Shown in pieces: positions 1 to 13,870 of a DNA stretch of 64,000 nucleotides. Under the pieces are notes generated by a model, which did not search any database, was not told the DNA's origin, and saw only the letters and a program-made list of their open reading frames with translations. Source of the DNA: Mobula birostris (Eukaryota); assembly GCF_030028105.1 (NCBI RefSeq), contig NC_092377.1:104027177-104091176 (forward strand), given 5' to 3'. Numbering within the stretch: the stretch's first letter is position 1; each line of letters opens with the position of its first letter. A program made the position numbers and the translations under genes.

Positions 1-2387
1 CAGTGTCCTGGACCTAAGGAATGGGTATTATCAGATACCCATGAGTGAAGCTGACAAAGAGAAGACTGCATTCATATGTCCACTTGGATTCTTTCAATTT
101 GAAAGAATGCCCCAGGACATACCAGGATCCCTGGCAATTTTTCAACATGTCATGGAGTAGACTGTTGGGGCATGAATTTACTTGAGGTACTGGTGTACTT
201 GGATGATCTCATAGCGTTCGGGTCCACCCTGGAAGAGCACGAGAGAGGGCTACTGAAGGTGCTTGGCCCCCTGAAACCTGAAAGGTTAAAACTGTCACTG
301 GACAAGAGCAGCTCTGCAAGACGTCACTCAACCACATTGGGTACATAGTCTCACGGGATGGGGTAATCAAGGATTCGTCAAAAGTAGAGGTGGTGACCAC
401 ATGACCAAGGCCCAAGAAAGTGAGCACTCTACACTCATTCCTTGGGTTCTGTGGGTACTACTGGAGATTCATGAAGGACTACTCCAAATTAAACCACCCT
501 TTGAATCAGCTTCTGTGTGGGTACCCACCTTGAAGAAGAGAAGAAGGAGAATAAAAGGGGAAGAAGATAATGTTCCTCTTAGCCATGAGGGATTAGGCAG
601 TGTTCTATATCAGGACCAAGGTAAAGGGTTAACAGCAGTTTCTTTCATCAGTCAGAATCTGTCACCCTCTGAACATAACTACCCTATGTACAAATTGGAG
701 TTTCTGGCATTGAAATGGGTTGTGGTGGACAAGTTAAATGACTATTTTGATGGTGTCAAGTTTGAGGTGAGGACTGACAACAATCCACTCACTTATTTTT
801 TGACCTCAGCAAATTGGATGCTGCAGGTCACCATTGATTGGCAGCGTTATCAGCTTATAAGTTCAGCCTGTAACAGAGGCCGGGGAGCCAGAACATTGAT
901 TCGGATGTGTTGTCTTGGCATTCACGAGATGCTGAAAATCGACAGAGAGTGGGAGAGTCTTCCTGCCTCTGTTGTTCAAGCAATCTTCCGGTTTTCCGCC
1001 ACGGAGAAACCAGCAGCAAGGCTGTGGTAGGATAGAGCTGTGGATCATTTGGAAGCTTCCGGTTGCTCCATTCCACAAGCTTATTGCAATTTGACTGTCC
1101 GAGCACAAAGCAGTTGCCTGCCTTGAGCCCAGTGGAATTGGCAGACACCTAGTGACCTGAACCCTTCTATAGGTGATATTTGGACATGTGTTGCAGAAGG
1201 TGACATGGCCCAAGTTGAAAAGATGAAACACACCCTATACCCCTACTGATGAGAGAATGGAATAAACTGGAGTTGAGGAAACAGTTTTTATACAGGGTCA
1301 CATCTCCTCTAGACAGGCCTCGGTGTTCGTTGTTGGTTTTGCCTGAGAAGCATCGGAGAATTGTGTTGAAGTCACTTCATGATGATTCAGGTCACTTGAG
1401 GTTTGACAAGATCTATGGATTGGTTTGAGATCCGTTCCATTGGCCCCGAATGAATCCTGAGGTTGAGGGTACTGTAAGTTGTGTATTCAATGTATTTGGG
1501 GGAAGACACTACCGACAAGATTGCTCCATTATCCCACTTACTGAGTCCAGGGCCACTTGATTCAGTGTGAATGGATTTGCTCTCCATCAAGCCTGATTCC
1601 AGAAACACTGCCAATGTCTTAGTCAGTACTGATCACTACACCAGATATGCTCCAGCTTTCCCACAAAGGGCCAGGGGATGTCCACAGTAGCCAAAGTGTT
1701 ATGAGAAAAGTATTTTGTTCATTATGACCTGCCAAGATGGATACACAGTGATCAGGGAAGGAATTTTGATAGTAGGCAGATACATCAGTTACTGGGCATG
1801 CTTGGAGTGGTGAAGTCGAGAACCACACCCTGTCATCCTCAGGGTGATCCCAGTTCAACTGGACATTGCTAGGCATGCTGGGAACCCTGGATATCAGCAA
1901 GAAGAACAAATGGAATCAGCATATTGGGCATTAGGTCCACTGCTACAACTGTACACAGAATGAAGCTACTGGATACTCACCATACCACTTGGAGATCAGG
2001 CGTGTATTCGAGATTGCCTGTAGATCTCTGTTTTGGGACTAGCAGTGAAGACTTGCCACAGAAGATGTATCTTGAATATTTGTCTAATATGAGGAAAGAG
2101 CTAGCCATGTTCTCTGCTGACAAGTAAAATCAAGAAAACAAAAGAGATATGATCAAAAAATTAGATCCTCTCAAATGCTGCCTGGAAACGGAGTTTCAAT
2201 TAGGAACGTGGGGCTACGAGGGGAGCATAAGTTGGCTGACTGCTGGGTGTCTACTCCTTATGTGGTGGAGAACCAGATGCCAAATGTGCTGGTTTTTTGG
2301 GTGAAGCCAGAAGATGGGAATGGTCCTGTCAGAATTCTCCATCAGAATCACCTTTTACCTCTAGGACAGGAGGGACTAGTTGACTCA
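1..2387 (+). mobile_element. Degenerate Gypsy/Ty3 LTR-retrotransposon pol (RT, RNase H, integrase), truncated
   Basis: Interrupted frames read [36 protein letters not shown] (RT), YLDD, KLEFLALKWVVVDKLNDYF..FEVRTDNNPLTY (RNase H), an IHSDQGRNF integrase core and a KLADCW..PYVV C-terminal motif. Many stops and frameshifts. Confidence 0.88.
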
Positions 2388-2544
2388 TAAGACACAGGAG
2401 TAGAATTAGGCCATTCAACTCATCGAGCCTGCTCCTGCATTCCATCATGGCTGATCCCAGATCCCACTCAACCCCGTAGACCTGCCTTCTCGCCATATCC
2501 TTTGATGCCCTGACTGATCAGAAAATGATCAACTTTCGCCTTAT
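2387..2544 (-). mobile_element. CR1-type LINE 3' end fragment
   Basis: cataagacacaggagtagaattaggccattc... matches the reverse-complement 3' ends of other CR1 copies in this window (33705, 55880). Confidence 0.6.
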
Positions 2545-5500
2545 TGTGCACATACATCTATTGATGCTTCTGGACACATCTTCAGTGATGTTCCTGGAAT
2601 CATCGGGTGTTTCGGATCTTTCATCATCATACAACCTCCTCCAGGTGACCCAGCCGGGGCTGATCAGACCCCAGCTTGTGTCCAGATGGCTAGCTACTTA
2701 TGACTCCATGGCTCCCCTCTTTTGAGCCACAGCCATCTTGAGGCCCTCTCTGCCGCATCGGTAGTACTGCGGATGGCTCTCCTCTTCCTCTCTCCCTCAA
2801 TGCCCAAAATGCTGAACGCTCTAACTAAAGAACGGGCTACGAATCCCCTACAACCAACCTCCACTGGGAGACACCTCGCTCTCCATCCAGCCTGCTGACA
2901 GTTGCTGACCAGTCCTGCGTACTTGGAAAGCTTCCTTTCAAAGGCCTCCTCCAAGCCATCTTCCCATGGGACTGTCAGCTCCAGCAGCACCACTTGCTTA
3001 GTAGACTCAGACACTAGGACAATGTCTGGTCGCAGGGTGGTGGCTGCGATATGGTTGGGGAACTTCAGCTGCCCTTCGAGGTCCACCTACAGCTGCCAGT
3101 CCCTTGCAGAGGTCAGAATGCCTGCAGATGTTCTTTTGGCAGGTATTGGCTGCTCCCCAGCTCTGACAAAGGCAATGGTCTACTTGGAGGGTTGGGACCG
3201 CTTCGCCCACTCAACTCCTGCGCTGATAGCTTCAGCGATGGTCTTCAGGACCTGATCATGCCTCCACCTGTACCGTCCCTCACCAAGTGCCCTTGCACAG
3301 CTGCTGAGGATGTGCTCCAGGGTTCCTTGCTTGGAGCACAGTGGACATGCAGATGACTCTGCCTTGCCCCATGTGTGCAGGTTTGATGGGCTTGGAAGCA
3401 CATCGTACACTGCCTGGATGAGAAATTGGATACGGTGTGATTCGGCTTTCCAAAGATCAGCCCAGGTCACTTTCCTCTCAACCGCATTCTCCCATCTTGT
3501 CCAAGCTCCCTGTTGCTTCATTCCCACCGCCTTGCAGGCTCTCATCTCCTCCGCTACTGCCCTCACCTCCTCCTGAACTAGACGACGCCTTTCCTTCCCT
3601 CTGGTGTCCATTTGGGGAGTTGGAAAGGATCCTAGCCCAGCTCGGCCTTGTGTGACCACTCCCACCAGCCTCCTCTGATGCAGCCTCGCCTCTGCCTCCT
3701 GAACAGCTTCCTCTGCCCTCCACTTCCTGCCAGTACTTACTTGGATCCCTGCTCTAGCCACCTTCGGGTCACTTGAGTCCCTATACTGTAGCACTTCTCT
3801 GGATCTTGTTACCTTGAATTCTTCCTCCAAGGATTTGAAGGGCAGTTGCAGTTTGTTGTGGTGTCCATAGAGTGCGATGCTGCTCAGGCTCTTTGGCAGC
3901 CCCAGCCATCTCCTGAGGTGGTTGCTAACCCTCCTCTCTAAGGTTTCGACTGTTGAGATCAGAACTGCATAGACGAGGAGGGGCCACAGGATTCTGGGAA
4001 GAAAGCCATGCTGATACACCCAGGCTTTAAACTTCCCAGGTAGGCCAGACTTGTCCACAGATTTCAGCCAGCCATCCGACTGGGTGCAGGTTGCCTGAAT
4101 GGATGTTGTGTCCCTTAAAGAGCTGTCAAAGACTTCGCCTAAGCTCTTGACTGGCTTTTCTGTGATGGTTGGGATGGCTGTACCTGCGATGCTGAACCGG
4201 AACTTGTTCTCCACCTTCCCTTTCCTCAGCACCATCGATCTTGATTTGGCAGGTTTGAAACGCATCCGGGCCCACTCCACCAGCTTTTCGAGCCCTTGCA
4301 GAATCCTCCGGCAGCCTGGGACTGATTCTGTGGTGACTGTGAGGTCATCCATGAATGCCCTGATAGGTGGTTGCCGTTGAGCGGAATTCATTCTGGGCCC
4401 TCTGCACTCTGGTTCAGCAGACTTAGTGAGCATGTTCACGGCTAGGGAGAACAGTGTCACTGAGATAGTGCACCCTGTGATGATGCCGACCTCCACCTTG
4501 TGCCAGGTTGATGTAATTGCTCCTGAAGAGACCCTCATCCTGAAGTTGCTGTAATAATCAGCAATAAGGCCTCTGATTCTGCTGGGGACATGATATTTGG
4601 TCAGTGTGAGCTGCACCAGCTTGTGCGGAATGGAGCCATATACACTTGCCAGGTCGAGCCACAACACTGACAGGTTGCCCTTGTTCTCTCTGGCCTCCCT
4701 GATGAGCTGTGTCACCACACCGATGTGCTCCAGACAGCCCGGCATCCCTGAAATGCCACCCTTCTGGACTGATGTATCAATATAGGTGTTCTTTGCTAGG
4801 TAGGTGCACAACCGGTTAGAAACTGCACTGAAGAAGATCTTCGCCTCGACACACAGCAGGGAGATGATGCGAAACTGATCTATCTGGGTGGCATTTTCCT
4901 CCTTCGGGATCCACACCCCTTCAGCCACTCTCCACTGTTCTGGGATCTGCCCCCTTCTCCAGAAGGTTCTCAGGATCTTCCACAGACGCAGCAGGAGTTT
5001 GGGGTAATTCTTGTACACTTTGTACGAGGTGTTGCTTGGTCCTGGAGCTGAGCTTGCCCTTGCTTTGCGGACGACCTCTCTGACTTCCTTTAGCTGCAGC
5101 TCTGACATGTCGAACTGCACATCCGGTTCAGGTGGGTCTATTAGGATGTCGCACTCTCCCAACTCCTGCTCTCTTTCAGAATCATTATATATCTTCTTCA
5201 GATGTTGGTCTATGTCTTCCTGCGAACAGGCCTGTTTCCCACTGCGCTTCTCCCCCAGCAACTCCTTGGTGAACTTGAAGGGGTTGGCGATAAAGGCAGC
5301 ACGTTTTCAAGCCCTTTCACGACGCCGCCTCCAATGCCACCCTGCCCGGCGGAGGACCCTGATCTTCTTTTGTAGTATGCACATCAGCTGGGCCAAGCCA
5401 ATGCGCTCCTCTTCTCCTGCCTCCTTGTATTGGGACTTCAGCGCTTTCATCTCCTGCCTGATGTTGTGGATCCTCAATGCTCTTTGGTTCTTCGAGTAAG

Positions 5501-6078
5501 GTGTTTTGGAGCCTTCCTTCTCCTCCTCTCCAAACCGTTCAGCTGCGATAGTGACAATAATTGTTGTCATGACTTGCAGCTTCCTATCAACCCCTCCCTT
5601 CGCCGTTGCCTCCAGAATTTGGTTAACATCTTCATCAAACTGCTTCCACAGTGAAGTCATGTTAGCTGCAGGCCATTTGATCTGCCTCCTGTTAGACTTC
5701 ATGTTCGAGGGATTAGTTTGCAACACTTGGAGGTTCCGGGCACTATGGGGTGACTCCGGGCCTGGCTCCTCCTTCGTCTCACCAGGTTGGACGCCTGCGC
5801 GTTGTGCTGCTCCTGCTCCCGCCAAACACTTCATCCTCGCTTGGTGGATCTTCAAGCCGCGATCGTTCTTGCAGATTTTGCCACATGCACACTGCTTCCT
5901 CATCGTCATTTGTTCATTGCCTGGGTCTGATGTCGTTGTGTCCATCCGACTGGGGTGCTCATCCTCCCCCCCCCTCTCGGGCACCCCTGGGGGTAACTTT
6001 TCCTTAGATAAACATATGCACAGATTTGGCCTCCATCGCAGTCTGTGGCAGGGCATTTCACAGATTTACAACTTTCTG
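2545..6078 (-). mobile_element. Hero-clade (R2-Hero) non-LTR retrotransposon, near full length
   Basis: N-terminal zinc finger (CACGKICKNDRGLKIH), RT (WLDL..YGSIPH, AFMDDL), CCHC knuckle (CPLCSKQGTLEHILSSC) and restriction-like endonuclease (RPDIVL..ELTVPWE..KLSKY), followed by a ~150-bp 3' UTR. Confidence 0.9.
2694..5945 (-). pseudogene. Hero RT-RLE polyprotein ORF broken only by three in-frame stops
   Basis: ORF-track segments 5307-6056, 3180-5261 and 2694-3086 share one frame. Stops lie at 5307-5309, 3180-3182 and 3087-3089. The start ATG at 5945 is a guess. Confidence 0.85.
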
Positions 6079-6079
6079 G

Positions 6080-8446
6080 CTGCCTCCTGCCTGTCAGCTA
6101 TTCTGCTATCCATGCCAGTGTCTTTCCTGTAATGCCACAGGATTTCACCTTGTTAAGTAACCTCATGTCTGGCACCTTATCAAACGCCTTCCGAAAATCC
6201 AAGTAAATGCCACCCACTGTATCTCCTTTGTCAACCCTGCTTGTTACTTCCTCAAAGAACTCTAACAGATTTGACAGGTAAGATTTCCCTTTACAGAAAC
6301 CATGCTGATTTTGACATTTTAACATTACTCTCCAAGTACCTCAAAATCTCACTGTCAATAATAGACTCCAACACTTTCCCAACCAATGAGGTTAGGCTTA
6401 TTTGCCTATAATTTCCTTTCTTTTACCTTCTTCTCTTTTTAAAGAGTGGAGTGACATTTGCAATTTTCCAGTCCCCTGGGACCATGCCAGAATCAAGTGA
6501 TTCTTGAACAATCATGACCAATGCATCCGTTATCTCTTCAGCAACCTCTCTCAGGACTCTGGGATGTAGTCCATCTGGTCCAGATGACTTATCCACCCTT
6601 CGACCTTTGAGTTTGCCTAGCACTTCTTCCTTTGTAATAGCATTGGTACTCACTCCTGCTCTCTGACACCTATAGACCTCTGGCACACTGCTAGGGTCTT
6701 CTACAGTCAAGACAGATGTAAAGTACCTATTACATTCATCTGCCATTTCTTTGTCCCTGATTACTACCTCACCAGCATAATTTTCCAGTGGTCCAATATC
6801 AACTCTAACTTTCCTTTTACTCACTATATAACTGAAAGAAAAGTTCTGGTATCCTGCTTTATATTATTGGCTAGTCTACCCTCATATTTCATCTTTTCTC
6901 TTCTTATAGCTTTTGTTGGATTTTAAAGCTTCCCAATCATCCAACATTCCACTCACTTTTGCTATATTATATGCCCTTTTTTTGGCTTTTATGCAGTCCT
7001 TAACTTCCTTTGTCAGCCACAGTTGCCTACCCCTGCCATTCTCTGTGGGACATATCTATCCTGCACCTTGTAAACTGTTCTCAGAAACTTCAACCAACTC
7101 TGCTCTGCTGCCATCCCCACCAGTATCCTCCTCCAATCCACCTGGGCAATCTCCTCTCTCATGCCTCTATAATTCCCTTTATTCCATTGTGATACTGACA
7201 CACGTGAGTTATACTTCAAATTGCAGTATGAATTCAATCATATTATGATCACTGCCTCTGAAGGGTTCCTTTACTTTAAGCTCCCCAAAAAGATCTGGGC
7301 TATTGAATAACCCTCAATCTAAGATAGCTCTTCCCCAAGGAGGCTCGAGCACAAGCTACTCTAAAAAGCCATCTTGTAGGCATTCAACAAATTCCTTCTC
7401 TTGGGATCCGACACCAACCTAACTTTTCCAATCTCCTTGTATATTGAACTCTCCCATTACAATTGCGCTAATACCCTTATTACATGCCTTTCCCAGCTCA
7501 CTTTGCAATCTTAACCCCACTATTAGCTACTATATAATTCCCATCATGGTTTCTTTACCCTTGCAATTTCTTAACTCCACCCACAAAGTTCAACAATCCC
7601 TGACTCTGTCACCCCTTTCTAAAGATGTAATTCCATCAGTTACCAACAGAGCCACACCACCGCCTTTGCCTTCCTGCCTATCCTTTCTATACAAAGTATA
7701 TCCTTTGACGTTCGGCTCCCAACTGTGGCCTTCTTTCAACCATGACTTAGTGATGCCCAGAGCATCATACCAACCAATCTCTAATTGCGCCATGAGTTCG
7801 TCCACCTTGTTCCAATTCGTCAGCTATGCATTTATCTGCCACCTTATTGTATTCCTATACTCACTGTCGCGTGGCATAGGCAGCAATCCTGAGATTTCTA
7901 CCCTTGATGTCCTGCTTCTCAGTTTCCTTCCCAATTCCCTATATCCTTTTATTAAGGAGTTTCTCTCTTTTTCTACCAATATGTACCACAACTTCTGGCT
8001 GCTCACCCTCCCTTTTCAGGATACTGTGGACACATCCAGAAACAACTTGAACACTGGCACCTGGGAGGAAAACTATCATCTGCCTTTCCACTTAGCATCC
8101 ACAGAACAGCCTATGTGTTCCCGACTATAGAGTCCCCTATTACTGCTGCCATCCTCGTCAGTTCCCTACCCTTCTGAGCCACAGGGCCACACTCAGTGCC
8201 AGAGGCATGGCCACTGTTGCTTCCCCCAGGTAGGCCGTCCCCAGCAAAAGTACTCAAAACAGAGTACTAATTGTTGAGGGGGACAACAACAGGGGTTCTC
8301 TCCACTATCTAATGTTCCCCCTTCCTTCTCCTGACAGTCAGCCATTTATCCGTCTCCTGTAGCTCACATCTATTACTGCTTCACTTTCCCTAACAAGCAG
8401 AAGGTCATCGAGCTGCAGCTCCAGTTTCCGAACACGGTCTCGAAGG
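6080..8446 (-). mobile_element. Degenerate CR1 LINE (RT, APE endonuclease and ORF1 SGNH-esterase remnants); continues at 11224-11306 and ~11775-11990
   Basis: QHGFCKGKSYLSNLLEFFEEVT..YLDFRKAFDKV (RT), ITKSWL..GGGVALLV (APE), ISGLLPMPR (ORF1). ORF1 sequence acacggtctcgaagg|agctgcatctcg rejoins across the 8446-11223 insertion. Confidence 0.85.
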
Positions 8447-11223
8447 CCATTACAGAGACTTGGATGGGTCAGGAGCAGGAATGGCTACTTCAAATGCCAG
8501 GCTTTAGACGTTTCAGAATGGACAGGGAGGGAGGCAGAAGAGCTGGGGGCATGCACTGTTAATCAGAGATAGTGTCACGGCTGCAGAAAAGGAGGAAATC
8601 ATGGAGGTGTTGTCTACGGAGTCTCTGTGGGTGGACGTTAGGAACAGGAAGGGGTCAATAACTCTACTGGGTGTTTTTATAGACCACCCAATAGTAACAG
8701 GGACATCGAGGAGCAGATATGGAGACAGCTTCTGGAATGGAGTAATAATAACAGGGTTGTTGTGGTGAGAGTTTTTAATTTCCCAAATATTGATTGGCAG
8801 CTCCCTAGAGTGAGGGGTTTAGATGGGGTGGAGTTTGTTAGGTGTGTTTGGGAAGGTTTCTTGACACAATATGTAGATATGCCTACAAGAGAAGAGGCTG
8901 TACTTGATTAGGTGTTGGGAAATGATCATGGTCAGGTCTCCCAGTGGGAGAGCATTTTGGAGACAGTGATCACAATTCTATCTCTTTACTACAGCATTGT
9001 AGAGGGATAGGAACAGACAAGTTAGGGAAACTTTTAATTGGAGTAAGGGGAACTATGAGGCTATCAGGCAGGAACTTGGAAGCATAAATTGGAAACAGAT
9101 GTTCTCAGGGAAACGTACAGAAGAAATGTGGCAAATGTTTTGGGGATATTCGTGTGGGGTTCTGAGTAAGTACGTTCCAATGAGACAGGGAAAGGATGGT
9201 AGGGTACAAGATCCGCAGTGTACAAAGGCTATTGTAAATCTAGTCAAGAAGAAAAGAAGACCTTATGAAAGGTTGAAAAAACTAGGTAATGATAGGAATC
9301 TAGAAGATAATAAGGCCAGTAGGAAGGAGTTTAAGAATAAAATTAGGAGAGCCAGAAGGGGCCATGAGAAAGCCTTTGGGGAACAGGATTAAGGAAAGCT
9401 GCAAGGCATTCTACAAGTACGTGTAGAGCAAGAGGATAAGGTGTGAGAGAACAGGACCAATCAAATGTGACAGTGGAAAAGTGTTTATGGAACCAGAGGA
9501 AATAGCAGAAGTACTTTATGAATAATTTGCTTCAGTATTCACTACGGAAAAGGATATTTGCGATTGTAGGGATGACTTTCAGTGGACTGAAAAACTTGAG
9601 CACATAGACATTAAGAAAGAGGATGTGCTGAAGCTTTTGGAAAGTATCAAGTTGTATAAAGCACTGGGACTGGATGAGATGTACCCCAGGTTACTGTGGG
9701 AAGCGAGCGAGGAGATTGCTGAGCCTCTGGCAATGATCTTTGCATCATCAGTGGGGACGGGAGAGGTTCTGGAGTATTGGAGGTTGCGGATCTTGTTCCC
9801 TTATTCAAGAAAGGGAGTAGAGATAGCCCAGGAAATTATAGGCCAATGAGTCTTACTTCAGTGGTTGGTAAGTTGATGGAGAAGATCCTGAGAGGCAGGA
9901 TTTATGAACATTTGGAGAGGCATAATATGATTAGGAATAGTCAACATGGCTTTGTCAAAGGGAGGTTGTTCCTTACAAGCCTGATTGAATTTTTTCAGGA
10001 TGTGACTAAACACACTGATGAAGGTAGAGCTGTAAATGTGGTGTATATGGATTTTTGCAAGGCATTTGATAAGGTACCCCATGCAAGACTTATTGAGAAA
10101 GTAATAGGGCATGGGATCCAAGGGGACATTGCTTTGTGGATCCAGAACTGGCTTGCTCACAGAAGGCAAAGAGTGGTTGTAGATGGGTCATATTCTGCAT
10201 GGAGGCCGGTGACCAGTGGTGTGCCTCAGGGATTTGTTCTGGGACGCCTACTCTTTGAGATTTTTATAAATGACCTGGATGAGGAAGTGGAGGGATAGGT
10301 TAGTAAATTTGCTGATGACACAAAAGTTGGGGGTATTGTGGATAGTGTGGAGGGCTGTCAGAGGTTACAACGGGACATTGATAGGATGCAAAACTGGGCT
10401 GAGAAGTGGCGGATGGAGTTCAACCCAGGTAAGTGTGAGGTGGTTCATTTTGGTAGGTCAAATATAATGGCAGAATATAGCTTTAATGGTAAGACTCTTG
10501 GCAGAGTGGAGGATCAGAGTGATCTTGAGGTCCGAGTCCATAGGACACTCAAAGCTGCTACGCAGGTTGACTCTGTGGTTAAGAAGGCATACAGTGGTTT
10601 GGCTTTCATCCATCGTGGGATTGAGTTTAAGAGCTGAGAGATAAAATGTTGCAGCTATATGGGACCCTGGTCAGACCAAACTTGGAGAACTGTGCTCAGT
10701 TCTGGTTGTCTCAGTACAGGAAGGACATGGAAACCATAGAAATGATAAAGAGGAGATTTACAAGGATGTTGCCTGGATTGGGGAGCATGCCTTATGAGAA
10801 TAGGTTGAGTGAACTCTGCCCTTTCTCCTTGGAGTGACGGTGGATGAGAGGTGACCTGATAGTGGTGTACAAGATAATGAGAGGCATTGATCATGTGGAT
10901 AGTCAGAGGCTTTTCCCCAGGGCTGAAATGGCTATCACAAGAGGGCATTGTTTTAAGGTGCTTGGAAGTAGGTACAGAGATGTCAGAGGTAAATTTTTTA
11001 TGCAGAGAGTGGTGAGTGTGTGGAATGGGCTGCCAATGGCAGCAGTGGAGGCAGAAATGATAGGGCCTTTTAAGAGACTCCTTGATGGCTACATGGAGCT
11101 TAGAAAAATAGAGGGCTATGGATAAGCCTAGGTAGTTCTAAGGTAGGGACATGTTCGGCACAGCCTTGTGGGCCGAAGGTCTTGTATTGTGCTGTAGGTT
11201 TTTTATGTTTCTATGTTTCTATG
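8446..11223 (+). mobile_element. 5'-truncated CR1 LINE (APE-RT ORF2 with 3' UTR) nested in the minus-strand CR1
   Basis: Starts at AITETW, contains RT ORF 9777-10298 ([24 protein letters not shown]) and FADD, and ends in a (TTTCTATG)n tail at ~11205-11223. Confidence 0.9.
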
Positions 11224-11306
11224 AGCTGCATCTCGATCCACCTGGCGCAGATGTGGTCACTGGGGAGGCTGGAAGTCTCCTGGAAATCCCACATCTGACA
11301 CCTAGA

Positions 11307-11772
11307 TGTGACCCCATATCTGACCGCAAAGCACTCCAGCGTGTGGTGGAAACTGTCCAGTGGATTATCGGCACCCAATTGCCCACCATTGAGAATATCT
11401 ACCATAAGCGCTGCCTGGGCAGGGCGAAAAACATTATCAGGGATGCACCTCACCCTAACCATGGACGTTTTACTCTCCTCCCATCCAGTAGGCGCTACAG
11501 GAGCCTCTGCTCCCACACCAGCAGGCACAGGAAGAGCTTCTTCCCTGAGGCTGTGACACTGCTGAACCTCTCATCACAGCGCTAAGCAGTATTGCATCCG
11601 TATTGTACTGTCTCAGTACTTTTATATTTGTGTGCTGTAGCACTTTTTTCATTGGCAGTTATTTTGTAAATAACACTATTCTTTGCATTTCTGGTCAGAT
11701 GCTAAATGTATTTCATTGGCTTTGTATCTGTACTCGGCACAATGACAATAAAGTTGAATCTAATCTAATCTA
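11307..11772 (+). mobile_element. Rex1/Babar-type LINE 3' fragment
   Basis: RKALQRVV..IIGTQLP..HPNH..LLPSSRRYRSL..SFFPEAVTLLN, AATAAA and an (AATCT)n tail; possible TSD ctaga at 11302-11306 and 11770-11774. Confidence 0.8.
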
Positions 11773-13509
11773 GAGGAGAACACTGGCTTTGTAGACATAC
11801 CCCATATTCTCTCAAGATTTAAAGAAGTAAGGAATGAACTTGCCTACTTACGTTGCCTCTGCCTGTTCTCACTGAAGCCCTGTTGAGCCAGAGCCTTATT
11901 ACTCTGCCTCAGACTACTCCGATGACAACTGCTCCCACAATGACCGCTCTGCTAGATGGTACCTTCTTTTCTAGAGAGTGGGTTTCACATCGATAATCTT
12001 TGTCAGACCTGGGCGTTTATGCTTCCATTGCTTCTGCGCAGAACTCCAATCAATGAGCCTGACGTGGAGCCTACATAGAGCAGGAGAGTTCTGCTCAGAA
12101 GGGGGAGAACAGAAGGACAATCAACTGAAAGACCTGGAAGGAACTTAACCACTGAATGCTGTACAGACTCAGAGGATGAGGAATTTGGGGTGGGATATAT
12201 GTCAACTTCTGCAAAATACCCAAGAATTGATGAAAAGATTCCTGAACCTCCCCACCCGGACTCAGATTTAGTGGGGTGGGGGGCAGGGAACAGCAGTTGA
12301 CTTGAAGTGAGAAAATGAAGGGAAGCTGGGCTGCAATGTAATTGGGGATGAAGCTAAGCTCAGTCAGGTGTTGGGGACCCAAGTTGCCGGAAGACACGGT
12401 CGTGGACAGGGAGATGCATCTCCAAGTAAACACCATCTTCAGTGTTTGAGCCTGAAGATGGGATAAGGAGGTCTCAAAGGGTCAGGAAACCCCAGACAGG
12501 CTTGCATAAAAGCAGCAAGAGAAGAGAGTATTCTGTCTTCCCTGTAGTGAGATATGTCACTACCATTTACAAATGGATTGGAGATACAAGCAGCACAAAA
12601 TTCCTTTGAGAACTGTGTATTAATGATGGGTTGATAAATTTCAAAGTCATGAGGACATGATTATTTTTGGTGAGGGGAGAAAGTAGAGGCCTGGTTAAGA
12701 TTTTTAATGCTGTAAATGCTGTAGGGTATTTTGTTTCAGTTTCTGTAGAAGCAGTGTGTTCTGCTGAGAGAGTTTGGGTTTCAGTTAAAGGGGCTGTGAT
12801 GTACAACTTGGGAATGTTGAGTCAGCTAATCAGAATGTGGAATTGGGAGAAGGTTCCAGGGCACGATGGGCGGAGAGATTTTGTGACGGACAGTGGTGGG
12901 GGGTTCTGGTATTTTCAAGGGGAAATGGAGAGAGAAGATCGAGAGAACTGGCTGTAGGATTCGATTCAATCAGAATTTGCGATTCTATGGCGGCTAAGGT
13001 GGGAAGTTGATCGGTGAATAGGAGTCAGTGCCATGTGTAAGAGATACATCCAGTTTTTGGAAGATATGAGCTCTAATCTTGTGAACATTGACTGGTTTAA
13101 TTATGATGGACCCTTATATTTTTTTCTTTTTTGTTCTTTAATAGGTGCTCCTAATCCTTTGATCCCTAATGCTGGGTGTGTACATGCCTGTGTGCTCATT
13201 GCACAGTGTGGAGAGTTTTGTAGGTCTCTGTCCTTACAGTGAAGGACAATGTTGGAAAGTTCATTGTCCGAGTGGAACATTGCTGACTGTTTCCGGACAA
13301 TGCAGTGTGGCATGTTTTCATTGATTCCTGTCAGTTCTCTATTGGGATGTAGAGGTCACATAGTGCAGTATCAGTTATCTGTCACTGTAAATACCAAGTG
13401 TGTCCCACTGGTACATTTCTGCAGGCTTCCAAGTATTTGTGGGACATAAATAAAATGAGAAAATGCTGGAAATAATCACCAGATGGAGAGGGTTGGTGAG
13501 TCCCAGATG

Positions 13510-13870
13510 GGAACCACACTCAGCAGAACACAAGACAACAGGAGCAGGAGTCACCCACCTGGCCCCTCACCCCAGCCCCACCATGCAGTGTGAACCTGGC
13601 TGATCTGTCCCAGGCCTCACCTCCTCTCCAGTGCCACATCACTCAAACATTCCAGATCTTTCCAAAATGTATCTTCCTCCGTGTTAAATGCGTCCAGTGA
13701 TTTGCCTCCATACGCTCCGGGACAGAGAATTCCAAATGTTCCCCACTCTGTGATAGATACCTGTACATCAGCTTTAAAAGAACACTCTCTGACCTTGTAA
13801 CTCTGTAAACATCCCAACATCTCTCCTGTCAACACTACAAAGGACCTCGTGTGATTCATGAAGCTCACTC
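13510..13870 (-). mobile_element. Old CR1 3' end fragment
   Basis: Degenerate similarity to the CR1 3' UTR and ORF2 C-terminus of other copies here. Confidence 0.5.

Noticed and set aside
2560-2680. Hammerhead-like words (GAAAC, CTGAAGA) in the Hero 3' UTR
   Set aside because: No stem III with an NUH triplet can be formed in a valid order.
12000-13450. Unassigned sequence with short ORFs
   Set aside because: No recognisable protein motif, RNA structure or repeat that I can support.
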